In this document: piece by piece, positions 11,361 through 23,043 of the stretch
Layout: every line of letters begins with the position of its first letter
Position numbering within the stretch: the first letter of the stretch is position 1
Assembly (NCBI GenBank): GCA_013265495.1
Contig: MU061579.1
Span: 248,001-295,770, forward strand
Origin: Vicugna vicugna
Lineage: Eukaryota
Direction: 5' to 3'
DNA: 47,770 bases
Notes under the pieces: generated by a model
What the model was told of the DNA's origin: nothing
Database searches by the model: none
What the model saw: the letters and a program-made list of their open reading frames with translations, nothing else
Made by a program: the position numbers and the translations under genes

Positions 11361-12539
11361 GTATTTGTGGAGTAGTCCATATTGACAGACATTGGCCCTT
11401 GTATGTAATGGTGCAGACCTTGTCATATGATTTGTCCATTAATGCCACACTTAACACCTCTCAGTCACATGCATTTGCCTCACCTAGACACAACACAACC
11501 TGAAGTATAGTTTTGGATGAGAAAATAGTCAGTGACAGGGAAGATGGCCAATTGGAATTAGCAAAATTAAAGAGAAAATTAGTAAAATTAGCAAAAAATT
11601 TTAGGATGAAGCAGTGTCTCTAAAATATTCAGATAATTTTTTGTTGGAAATAAGTAATAGTTCCATGAATTATGATAAACTCCATTATAAGGGAGCTTAT
11701 GGGATATGCATACTTTACTAAATTTACATGGTCATGATGACTAATATCACAGTGGAATAGCCCTTCTCTGAATAATTATCATATGAAGATGTGATAGATG
11801 ATTCGTATTAATTGAAACCTCAAGACATTAGAATCCTGGAGGAGCTGTTCCCAGCACTTGTTTTACGAGCCAGTGGAACCACACTTTTCTGGTTGTAGGT
11901 TGCTGTCATAAGACATCCTTTTCTCCTTGCATTATTGCAACAGAATTCCTTGGACTCCTGGGAATTTAGTTATTTGTACAAATAATTAATGAATAAATCT
12001 ATACTGAATGCACACACCCAGTCTGACCTGGCCCTGTGGTAAGGTCCTGTGTCCTTCCTTCAGTTTCTGGAAGAATCAGTTTCATGGATGCCCCATTTTA
12101 TTACACAGTGAAGTGTTTCCTTGGGATTGATGGCTTGAGCCTCCTGGTGATGGTCTTGCCTGAGTTTCAATTATCCAGGGCTTATGCTGTGGTGAGTTGG
12201 GTGCAAGGACCAGATGCTGGTACTGGATTTGTAGCACTAGGGGTAGAGTTGGGGAAGCCACTCACTGCCATTGTGCCCAACATTCTGCCTGAAAATAGGC
12301 CCTCTGCCTCCTGGAATATAGCCACTCCTACACGTATGGCTTTGTCTTGCCATCACCTTCATGCCACAGAATTCCTTCATCAAAGCAGTCTAAGTATTAG
12401 CGATTTTACTGATTCGTTCTTTGGATATGCTCTTATTAAACTGTAAGATACTTGAAGGCAAGGATAAGATTTAACTGTGCTGTGCCTGTATCATATGAGT
12501 CAGTTAATATATCTTTTTAAAAAGGCGTAATGCAATAGA

Positions 12540-12860
12540 GGTAGGTCTTGAAAAATTGGGAAAGTTCAGATAGTAGAGACCAGTGAAATAAGTGTTCATA
12601 ATAGCCAAATATATAAGTTGGTTTGAACTATATTTAAAATGGTGTGGAAAATAATCTGATTAGAAATCAAGCAAATGGTAAAAACTCGAGGGAGGAAAAA
12701 ATTAATTAGGAAACATGGGGCCATATTTTACACGGTTTTGATTGTCGGAAAGAGGGTTCAGTGTGGTGGGGCAATAGAAAGCCAAGATAGTTACTGGGCA
12801 GAGAAGCCACCTGATACAAGGGGACTTTAGGAAAAGCAATCATTGGTCTTTAAGTGAGAT
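12540..12860 (-). mobile_element. L2 fragment, highly diverged
   Basis: ggtcttgaaaaattggg...ggggcaatagaaagccaagatagttactgggcagagaag...gactttaggaaaagcaatcattgg. Confidence 0.5.
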
Positions 12861-13729
12861 GAGGAAAGATTTGGTAAATATCATCATAGAACACCCACAT
12901 ACCATTTGTTATTCATAAAGAGAGCATATTATAAGATCTGAAATGCACGGAATTTTCGTATTCTTCAGTATTAAATTCTAATGTTTCCATCATTCTTTCA
13001 TAAAACTACAATTCTATGAAGTTGACTGCAATTTTATAAAGAATATAAAATCGGCATAAAATAGAATATACTTCTGATTAATAAATCTTCAAAGATAAAT
13101 CAGAAGACCTGGGACATAGTTATCTAAGGTCTTGAAATACTTCGAAGTTCTCTAAATTATCAAGTATGCAGCTACCCAGTATTTTTTGATTTATGCTCAA
13201 TTTTTCAAAAAGATGAATTTTTTGCTTCATGGTTAAGAAAAGATAAATGACTATGCATTTCCTAATGATGCCTATTAAAATTAGGCTTCAATGATGTCAG
13301 ATAAAAGTCTCCTTTCATTTTTAGCAAACAGGCAGATCTGAGATGAAGAGTTTATTAAAGTTTAAGTGTCAAGGCAATTGCATAACTGTTTATTTTAGTT
13401 AGCATAATATTTTGTTGCACAATTAGCACTATCACTTTATACCATCTCTGGATAATTTGAATTTTTTTCTCTTCAAATGTATACTCCCCCTCATTTGATG
13501 TGACTGCCCCACATGCACGTGTCTATAACGAGTGTTCAAAACATTTCTCTCAAGGCTTGCACTGTGCTCTTTGCTCAGCACACCTTAGGCAGTTTTACAG
13601 CTTGATTGGGTAGTGGTGAATTTCCTGATTATAATCTCAAACCTCTGAAGTTTTCTCTTGAGTTTGACCAATGAAGAACACCATTTGCATCCTCTGTCCT
13701 TTATCTTCCTGACTACGTTTACTTCCCTT

Positions 13730-13910
13730 GAATGCCATTGTCAAATCATGATCCAAGACCCCTTCCCATATCCTCTTCCTCAGAATACACTTCTCATTTT
13801 TATCCCCCTCACTTCTATAGCACTGTGTCTGAATATTTATGACACTATTTATGCAAGTTGGATTTATATTATTAACAATTTATAAATACTTTATTTACTT
13901 ACTTAGGAAT
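13730..13910 (+). mobile_element. L2 fragment, highly diverged
   Basis: atccaagaccccttccc...ttctatagcactgtgtctgaatatttatgacactattta. Confidence 0.45.
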
Positions 13911-14640
13911 CCCTGTGATATAGAGAAGGAAGGGATGTAGCAGTGGGGAAACATACACTATTGATTTTTAATTAATCAGTGTCTTAGACATCTACCTTGA
14001 ACATCCTGAGCTATCAATAAATTAAATAAAATGTCTGAAAGTCAGTTTTAAGAATTTTGTTTGGAAAAAAACAATATTGATTCTGACAGAAGAAATCCTG
14101 ATACAGATATGAATTCAAGAAATATTTTATGTGGTGAACAGCCAAAGATCAAAATATAATCTCTGTCACTTGATTTCTGACCTCGAAAAAGTTCCTTTGG
14201 GGGTACAAGATACTGACACAGGATCCAGCAAATCTTTGTTATTTTCCATCTGGATACGTATGTGATTTTGAAAATGACTACCCGTAGATATGAGTTTTGC
14301 CATTTAAACAATTAGAAAAATAATATCATCTAGTTTTCCTTTCTTCGTGGGGCCAGTGAGAGCGCCAAGCCAAAATGGGTAGAACTACAAGGTACTATAA
14401 AAATCAAACTCCTCGCTCGTGCTTCTTTCTATTTCATGATCTACTGTGTTGCCTTAATACTCTCCTCTTGCCTTATGCAAATTTTAATAAGGTTAGTAAA
14501 ACAATGGTTTTAGAGTGTTTTATAATTTGTAAATCATGTTTGTGTATATTAACTCAACTCTCATAAGTAGACTTGGAAGATCAGCTATATCTACAATACT
14601 ACTAAAATGGACTATAAAACAAAAAATTTAAAGCTATGCT

Positions 14641-14668
14641 TGTGTGTGTGTGTGTGTGTGTGTGTGTG
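14641..14668. repeat. (TG)14 microsatellite
   Basis: Read directly from the sequence. Confidence 0.97.
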
Positions 14669-15489
14669 AGAAAGAGAGATGTATCTTTTCTTCTTTTTGC
14701 CTTAGAAAACTTATATGGTCGCTTATTTTTAGTTTTGTTTTCCTTCATAATCCTTAAATATAGTGCAAACCGTGGAAGCATAATATCTAAGTAGAAAATA
14801 TTTGCCATATGGTTTCTATTTCAGGCAAAAAGAAATAGAATAAATAGAAAGATTCAGTATCTCAGCATAAGAGCCGCTGGTCGTCATCGTAGTTAAGATA
14901 TTATTGAGAAACACTGACTGGACATCTATTGTGTTTGAGTAACAAGAAGATCACATATGTGTGAAACAAAACCTCAACACTGCTCTTCAATATCTTCAGA
15001 AAGTGGCATATATGTACAAGTACATCCTTTGAATAATGCTTATGTTAATCTTGTTCAAAGCTGCAGAATAATTCCAAATCTGTAGGCCTATTCCGTGTGA
15101 CCTAACATAAACTCAATGAAGAAATTATGCCATTTGGTTAATCATACTTACAAAGTAAGGTTTTTAAAGCCTTAAATTCTTGCAACTGGTTAAAGGGATT
15201 TTTTTTCTGTTTCCCAATATAGTATCGCTAATGGTGCTTTGACCAAGGTTTTATACAGCACAAACGATGTTCTTTATTTAGCAGAGCTGATCACTTGCTG
15301 TATCAAATCCTTAATTTCTGCAACATTTGATGCTCTTTTCCAATGTACTTTGCAAATCAGTTCTTTAAATTCTCATTCCCTGGCTTCTAGGCTCATTGCA
15401 AACGTGAGTCATGTCTTCTTTATAATTATTCTGATATTTTTCATACTTTTATCCCCAGCCTAGAAGTATTTATTTTCCAGAACTTCTCT

Positions 15490-16380
15490 CTTTTTAATTT
15501 CTTCTAATCATATTCTGAATCTATTCCTACAGTTTAATTTACTTTCTCTGAGTATATATTATCAGATTTTATGATCTAAATTCTCTCTTAAAGTTTAGAT
15601 TTGTAATTTCAACTTCTTGACATCACTGCAAAGATGCCTCAATATAACCTTTATCTAAATGATCAAACAAATATATTATTTCTACCTCAAAACTATCACC
15701 CCATTTTTCATCTTCTTGATTTCCGTTAATCATACAAGCATTACTCTAGAGATCGTCAACATTTCAAATAAACTCTCAACATCAACATACGACTTTTCTC
15801 TCATGTTGTGAAAACTGATTCAATTATATAGATTCTGCCTCCATGCTGCATCATGCATTTATTCATTCTTTCGTTAATTTTCTCATCCATTCATCAATCC
15901 AGCAAATATGTCTCCTTTTTTTCCTATTTAACTCAATCTCATTAACAATATTCTAAGACAGTCTTCTAGCCAGTCTCGGTTTCTGCTTTCTGCCACCATT
16001 TGAAACTGTCCTACACTTAAAAAACAAACACACGCATTGATTGATATCCTGAAGTATACACAACTATTGATATCCTGAAGTATAAAAAAAGATGGTTCTG
16101 ATGATACTGCTCTCTAATTAACAAACTTAATGACTTCTTGATACTGCCCAGCTTAAACCTTACATTGGCAACTCCATAACGTTAAGAAAATTTATCTCAC
16201 CACATTTTCCAGGGTGCCTGCATGTATGATCTATAATCAAACAAAACTGGATCTTCCACTGTTTCCTGAACACTGTGAATCTGTGGTCATATTAGTCCTC
16301 TTCCTAGTTTATCACCACCACTCATCTGCATCTGTCAAGTCTTTCCCTTAACTCAGTGCTATCTCTTTTCCATAGAAAGT
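15490..16380 (+). mobile_element. L2 internal/3' region, highly diverged
   Basis: ttcaacttcttgacatcactgcaaagatgcctcaa; gacttttctctcat; aaaactggatcttccactgtttcctgaacac. Confidence 0.6.
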
Positions 16381-16425
16381 CCAGTAAATCTTAATTTTTC
16401 TCTTTCTCTCTGAATTTATCATAAT

Positions 16426-16644
16426 TTAGGATTTTCAAACTGAAATTCAGGGAGCTGAGAGTTTCCTCAGAGGAGCTGCGGAAATTGTCTTGGAGGTCCA
16501 GTAAGAGGGGTAGTGGGTATAGGTTCAAATTTGAAAACCCAGACTCCAACCAAACTCCTTATATTTTTATTTCATGTAGTGTATTTCTGCCTGACATTTA
16601 TTTTGAAGACAGTGTTTCTTGTTTTCATCTCTTGAAAGACGCAG
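16426..16644 (+). mobile_element. MER102-like hAT-Charlie element
   Basis: Start taggattttcaaactg; 3' part tttattttgaagacagtgtttc...ttgaaagacgcag; about 220 bp long. Confidence 0.55.
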
Positions 16645-16911
16645 ACCTTATGTAAGTTTTATGTACTCACTTAGCATGAATCCATTTATACTGTAAGTTT
16701 GTTAAGAGCAAAGATTGTGTTGTACTCACTTCTGCTCCTACTCCCTCCCTTAGCTTCAAACAGAGCCGCTAAGAAGTAAGAGAATGAAGTGCTAAATTAA
16801 TCTGGCTATTTTTCAGTGAGTATGCCTGGTGGGAAGAGCTTATGCCTGAGTATGGATCATGATCTACCTAGGAGAGCTGAATTGAATCAGAAGACCTTTG
16901 TTATTAACAGG

Positions 16912-17180
16912 GAGGGAGTTCAGCATAGCAATGGTTTACAGGACGGCCTCCAGAGACACCCTGGTTTCAAATCCTGTCTCTGCCACTTAATAGCTCAGTG
17001 ATCAAGTAAAGTTTTCCGTTATCTCCCTGGGTCTCAATTTCCTCTTCTGGAAAACGTGGAAGATAATAAAAGTACCTCCTTCATATTCTTGATGCAAAGA
17101 ATAAGTGATTTAAAATACATAAATCTCTTGGAGCAGTGTCCTGTCTTGTACATGGTAAGAAGTATATGTGTTAGTTACTT
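16912..17180 (+). mobile_element. Near full-length MIR
   Basis: ctggtttcaaatcctgtctctgccacttaatagct; gtctcaatttcctcttctggaaaacgtggaagataataaaagtacc. Confidence 0.88.
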
Positions 17181-17696
17181 TCATTTGAGTATATATTTAT
17201 GTGGTGTATTTTATATTTATTTACTGGTGTATATATGTTGTCTTTATCTGCCCAGTATTGAGTTCTTTTTCATGCTTGAAGGAGTTTTGCCTGATAAGGA
17301 CCCAAAAGTCACTTTAATACAAAGAAGCAAATGACTTTGTATTTACACATTGTGCTCAGGCAGGCATGTAACGTAAGTGTAACCAATTAGATGAGCTGTC
17401 CCAATGCTTTGACATGGGAGCTAATGATGCAAACAATAAGGAGAGTGTAGAATCTTTTTGGATGGATGGTGGTACCAATGACAGAAGTCCTTGCATATCA
17501 TATTCGGGGAAGATTGGTAGCGGCAGGGAGGAGTGCAGTGGCCAGGCGTTACTAGCCTCGGATGTTGTGGTTCATTCCAGCTATGGTTGGGAGAGCCTAG
17601 CCACCATTTCTTCTCTATCTTTTTCACAGCCAGTTTCTCCAGGTATCCCAATGATTGTAGGAACCACCAAATGTCTACTTAAATAGTATATATATG

Positions 17697-18140
17697 ACAG
17701 CTTTATTGAGATACAATTCACATACCATGCAATTCACTTGTTTAAAATACACAGTTCAGTGTTTTTTTGGTATATTCAGAGTTGTGAATATACCAAAAAT
17801 TACCACATCAATTTTAGAATATTTTTATCACCCTCCAAATCAATCTTGTACCTAATAGTAGTAATTCCTCCCCCGACCCTAACACCTCCAGTCATAGGCA
17901 ACCACTAATCTACTTTCTGTCTCTATAGGTTTGTCTATTCTGGATATTTCATATACATGGAAACATACAATATGTGATATTTTATGACTTGCTTCTTTCA
18001 TTTAGCGTAATGTCTTCAAAGTTCATCCACGTAACAAATATTGTTACTTTTTTTTTTGCAAAATAATATCCCATTTTAAGAATGCGTATTTTCTTTTCTA
18101 TTTATCAGCTAATAGACATTTGGGCTGTGCTCGCTTTTGT
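17697..18140 (-). mobile_element. LINE-1 3' end (L1MB-like)
   Basis: acagctttattgagatacaattcacataccatgcaattcac; ggcaaccactaatctactttctgtctctatagg. Confidence 0.92.
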
Positions 18141-18144
18141 TTTT

Positions 18145-19028
18145 GAGACCAGTCTTTGAGATTTATTCTGACTCTAGGGGTGCTCTTCTCAGCTGAGCCG
18201 TTCTGCTTTTCTCTGGTGAACTCGCTGGCCTACAGCTTAGCTCGCTGCACTCTTCTGGCTGCCAAAGCCCTTTCAGTGGCTTACCGCCACAGTCTCCACT
18301 GTCTTTAATACTGCCCTTAGATTTGATTGCCCGTACTTTGTTCACAATGAAGCCAGTTCCTTTGGAGGCAGCTTGTGAACACTCTGTTCTTATGACCTAT
18401 CTCTATGTCTAAGCAAAATCCCTGAGTTAGGAAGAGGGACAGTGGCTGTCTCAGAGTGACAGGAGGGTGCTCAGTGTGGTGGCAGCCTCTGATTTTCTCT
18501 GCTGGCCTCTTCCAGCACGCAGCCTCCACCCTAGGAGTGTCCTGGGGGTTCTCTGGTTCCAGTGTTCTAGACCTGGGTTGGGAAAGGCCCCCACCTTATA
18601 CCTTGCCATCCCCTGCCCTCTCAGAGGTGCTCACCTGGAGTTCAGCCTCCACTGTACTGGGATGAAGGGGCACGAGAAATGTAGGGGTACTGCGGCTTTC
18701 AAGTCATGGTAGCCCTTGGTTGGGAGCTGGAGGAAAAGAAAGTCTCCATCTTCTTGGCGACACATACCCAGAGCCCAGAGCCCAGAGCAGTGCTTCCATC
18801 CTGCTGAGCTGTTGTGGGGGAGAGGAGGGGGCAAAGGTGGGGAGGCAGGGAGGTCTGTCCTCAACTGCTACAGACTTTCGCTATTCTTACTGAGATTTAG
18901 TTTCTTCTTCTATTAGATGCCCTTAGGACCATTTATAGATATTTTATTTTTTTTCATGGTTTTCTCCACTAATGGCTATTTTACTGGGCACCAGTTTTGC
19001 AGAACTCTTCACTCTCCATCCTGAAGTC
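18145..19028 (-). mobile_element. Probable ancient L1 5' UTR (GC-richer, CpG-decayed)
   Basis: GC-richer tract ending ...gaactcttcactctccatcctgaagtc, resembling antisense old L1M 5' termini. Confidence 0.45.
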
Positions 19029-19087
19029 ACACCTGGAGTTAATGCTCCATCAGTAACTCCCCTTTCTACTTATTATAACCCAAATTT

Positions 19088-19089
19088 AG

Positions 19090-19125
<36 letters not shown>

Positions 19126-19156
19126 TTTTTTTAACCCTGGTTTTTTTTTTTTTGTT
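19088..19156. repeat. (TTTTC)n / poly(T) tract
   Basis: Read directly from the sequence. Confidence 0.9.
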
Positions 19157-20160
19157 CTTAGAGCACTGGCTACTGTCATGTTGAAGCTCTGCCATCAGGT
19201 ATCTAGACAGCAAGCCCTGCTGTGGGAGTGGACAGTGTTCCTCACTCTCGTTAAATGTGAAAGTGGGACTTAAATGAAAGTAGAGAATATAACAAAATTC
19301 CATCCTGAACTTTCAAGATTTAAGCTATTCTTTGTGCCTTCTTCAATAGAATGGTTTCTACTTCCAAATATGGATATAATGAAAAAAAAATTCCTCTTAG
19401 CCCTCCCTTTTACTCTGCAAGTGAATTTTTAAGTTATCTATATTTAGTTGCATTGCAACTCTTTCATGAGGTCAAAATTCAAATGGGATCTTATTTCAGT
19501 TTTAACATAGAAATATACTTGCTTGTAATTGAAGCACTTTCAGTTAACCTGCATTTAAAATTTTCAAATCTCTATGTATCAGTCCTTACGTCTGGAAAAT
19601 ATTATGTAAAAATATCTCAAAGGATATTAGTCAGTATTCATGAAGAATACATAAAATGCAATAATATGAGTGTGTATTTATTCCTAATTAGAACTGTCAT
19701 TCTTTATAATGCCAGCTTTTTCTAAAAAGAACCTTTAGGGTAAGGTGCTTGGAAAGTGTTTGCTTATTACAAAACTCAAACTTAATTGTGAGAAGATTTT
19801 GAAATAATCTATATTTTCTTCTGGGGAAGTTACCTTGCAATGTGAATCCACAACCATTCTGAACAATGGATCCAGCAGACTGTGAATCTAAAAGGCAGAT
19901 GCATCTGTTAATGCCCATGGTAGCTAGACACCCCAGCCCCTTGTCTGAGGGCTCAATCACCACCCATTTCTAATAATTAGCTGATGATGTGATAGAGTAA
20001 AAAGTCACGAGTCTGAAGCCCCAAATCTTAGATTAGTGTGTTCTAGTTATTTCTGTGTTGCACTTTTCCGCTAATAAACTATAAGCTTTTTGTGGGCAGA
20101 GGCCATGATTTATTTGATTTCTTGCTTCTTGGTATGCACCATAGGTCTTTTTGTCCCCAG

Positions 20161-20998
20161 TTTTTTTTATTATTGTGGTAAAATATAAATAACATAAATT
20201 GTATCACCTTAAACATGAAGTGTTTAGTTTAATAGTATGAATACACTCATAGTGTTGTGCAACCATCATCACCATCCATGCCTTAACTCTTCTTATCTTG
20301 TAAAACTGAAACTCTATATCCATTAAACAATAGATAATCACTCCTCCCTCCCCCAGCCCCTAAAATCACCATTCTGCTTTTGTCCCTGTGATTTTGACTA
20401 CCCGAAATACCTCCTATAAGGAATAATACAGTATGTATCTTTTTGTGACTGGCTCGTTTCATTTAGCATAATGTCATCAGTGTTCATCCATGTTGTGACA
20501 TGTGGCAGAATCCCCTTCCTTTTTAAGGCTGCATAATGTTCCATTGCATGTATATAAACACATTTTACTTATCCATCCCTGTGCTGATGAACCCTTAGGT
20601 TGGTTCCACATTTTAGCTACTTTGAATAATGAATGTAACTATGAGTATACAAGTGTCTCTTTGTGACTCTGCTTTCGGCTCCTTAGGGTATATCCCCAGA
20701 AGTGGAATTGCTGCATCATGTTGTAATTCTATTAGCAATTTTTGAGGAATTACCATATTGTTTTCCACAACAGCTCTACCATTTTACATTCCCATGAACA
20801 GTGTACCAGGGTTTTGATTTCACCATAATTTGATACTTTCTGTTTTTTGTTTGTTTTTGTTTTGATAGAAGCCATCCTAATGGGAATGATATAATATCTC
20901 ATTGGGGTTTTGGTTTGCATTTCCCTAATAATTATATTGAGCATCTTTTCACGTGCTTATTGGCCATTTGTCTATCTTCTTTGGCGAAATGTCTGTTT
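20161..20998 (-). mobile_element. LINE-1 3' end including the ORF2 C-terminus (L1MB-like)
   Basis: T-rich tail followed by gtgcaaccatcatcaccatcc. The ORF 20750-20944(-) IIREMQTKTPMRYYIIPIRMASIK...LVHCSWECKMV matches the L1 ORF2p C-terminal region. Confidence 0.95.
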
Positions 20999-21219
20999 AT
21001 GCATTACAGGAACTGTGTGTACAATAGCTCTCTCCAAGTGAGTAGATGGCTGCTTAAAATTCTAATTCTAATTCTGTGAACAGTAGAGTTGTAGAAAAAT
21101 TGTCCATTGCTCATCTCTACATGCCAGGAGCAGAAGGAAAAAGCATTATTCAATATGGAAGTCTAATATATAATTTAGGTGTTGTTTATAATCTAGGAAA
21201 TAAGAAGCATTAACTAGGG

Positions 21220-21335
21220 GGCAGAGACCAGGAGCCTTGATCCCTTTTCTCACAGATAGTTTGGGCACATCACGTATCCTCTTTAAGATTCAGCTTCATC
21301 ATTTGCAAAATTAAATTATGTACTATTAGTTACAT
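21220..21335 (+). mobile_element. MIR fragment
   Basis: ttgggcacatcacgtatcctctttaagattcagcttcatcatttgcaaaat. Confidence 0.6.
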
Positions 21336-22916
21336 TTTTAGGCCAAATAGCTGTAATTCTGTTTTTTTAAATATTCCAGTTACAGTTGATACTTATCATT
21401 CACCTAGTTCTTAGCAGTGAAGAGTATGTATACATATATACACATCCTGACCTTTTTCTCAGTGTTTTGGGTACCTAATCTCTCTACTACCTGTGTGAAC
21501 AAGAAATGCATCTCTCAATTATTTGATCACCATCTTGAGGAGTTAAGCTGGATGCAGACCTACTGATAAAGAAAAAAACTCAACTTTAAATAAATTCTCC
21601 TAAATTTACCAACCTTTTCTAGAAGGAATAGACTGTAGATTTTTGTCCGAACATTCTTTTGTGACTGACGATCTGAGAATGTCTTGTACCACTGATCAGT
21701 TCAGAAAACAGCACTCTGTCTGAGTGTATCTCCTCTGCAGTCTTTGCACTATTATAAAACAGCCTTTTCTTTAAAAAATTGCATTTCAGTCATTTAATGA
21801 GTTCATGCATATTTGTTAGATTTTTGGTTCACTCTTTTACCTTTTAAAAAAGATAAAAAGATAAAATTTCATGACCACTGCTTATCTTATCAATTTCCCT
21901 GTAAATTATTGCCCAAGGAGTGTCCAAATATGCAAACAATATTAATACAAAGAACAGTTTTATGGGCATTAATCTTATATTTGCTTAAAACAATCTGCTT
22001 AGATCATAAATCATGTAGTGTTGCATAAATTTTGTGCATTTAAGTATCCTGCGAAATTTCATGTTGATTATAGTCTGGCACATGTTCTTTAGTTAGCTGG
22101 TCTTTTGTCAAAGTCTGTTAATGTAGGAAGATGGTTTTTAAATAATTATTGTACAGAACATGTTCCATTACCAGGATCAAGGTGTTCTGCTGCTATAATT
22201 GAATAATGAGTCTTTTTCAAATTTGTAGGAAAAAAATACCTAATGGAGATATTTTTAAAACAGTATGTTTTTCTTCCAGATATGTTTGTCTTAGAACACA
22301 AACTCTCCTTGTTCCTTATTGACCCCGTGTGTGTGTGTAAGATAATATCTGAAATGCCACAAAGCTGTGTATTTGGAATTTAAAAGTGCCATATAATCAG
22401 TATCTCAGTATTTCAGTGGTGTTCCACATAAGCACTGTGACTTGCAGCTGCTAAACCAGCTGAATAATAGTGAGAACCACTGATCTAAGTAAGAACTTAA
22501 AGAATACAGAAGGGAAATTATACACGTAGAAAAGATAAACTTGATATTCCTGGCTAATAAAACTCTGAGTATTACAAGATGTGCTAACCCATCTAGCGTA
22601 ACTAAACTAAATCATTCATCAAGTCCCCTTAACAATTTTTCAATAGGAAACTGCTTTTGAGATTGCCAGCCAAACAGAGTGGATATTAAAGCACAGTTTC
22701 TCCTTATTGGGCTAAAAATGCTCCTCATGGTAAAACATTTTTAGAAGTTCATTTACCAAAAGTAATGGCCATTCAAACAGTGAAGCTAATTTTATTTGAA
22801 TATTTGCATGAAAAAAAGAGCCTTGTTTTGAAAGCCAGAATACTGCAGAAGAGTTGGAAACTGACTTTCAATGATGCGGATAGGAATCTCTGTTTCCAAA
22901 CCTCAGAATTACAGCT

Positions 22917-23043
22917 GAGAGAGAGAGAGGAGCAAAAGCAAGAGCAAGAGTGAGAAAAGGAAAGAAGGCAGGAAAGCAGGAAGCACAAGACGGGGAGGGA
23001 AGGAAGAAAGGAAAGAAGGAAGGAAAGGAACAAAGAAGGAAAG
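22917..23043. repeat. Polypurine (GA-rich) tract containing a mirror repeat
   Basis: 39 uninterrupted purines at 22992-23030; perfect 26-nt mirror repeat at 22998-23023. Confidence 0.9.

Noticed and set aside
12036..12446. 136-aa ORF, the longest outside recognised L1
   Set aside because: Starts at GTG, has no recognisable domain or splice context, and its 3' part runs into L2-like sequence. This length is expected by chance in 48 kb.
14349..14368. CTCF-like GGCCAGTGAGAGCGCCA
   Set aside because: One base short of the core spacing; without a gap it mismatches the key AG and GGC positions.
17270..17660. Possible old LTR or 90-aa ORF
   Set aside because: Moderately GC-rich, but I could not identify termini, a TSD, a family or any protein similarity.
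18127..18136. GTGCTCGCTT, identical to the U6 snRNA 5' end
   Set aside because: Only 10 nt with no continuation; explained by diverged L1 sequence.
20750..20944. ORF with clear protein similarity
   Set aside because: It is the decayed L1 ORF2p C-terminus, not a host gene. The same applies to 46554-46787.
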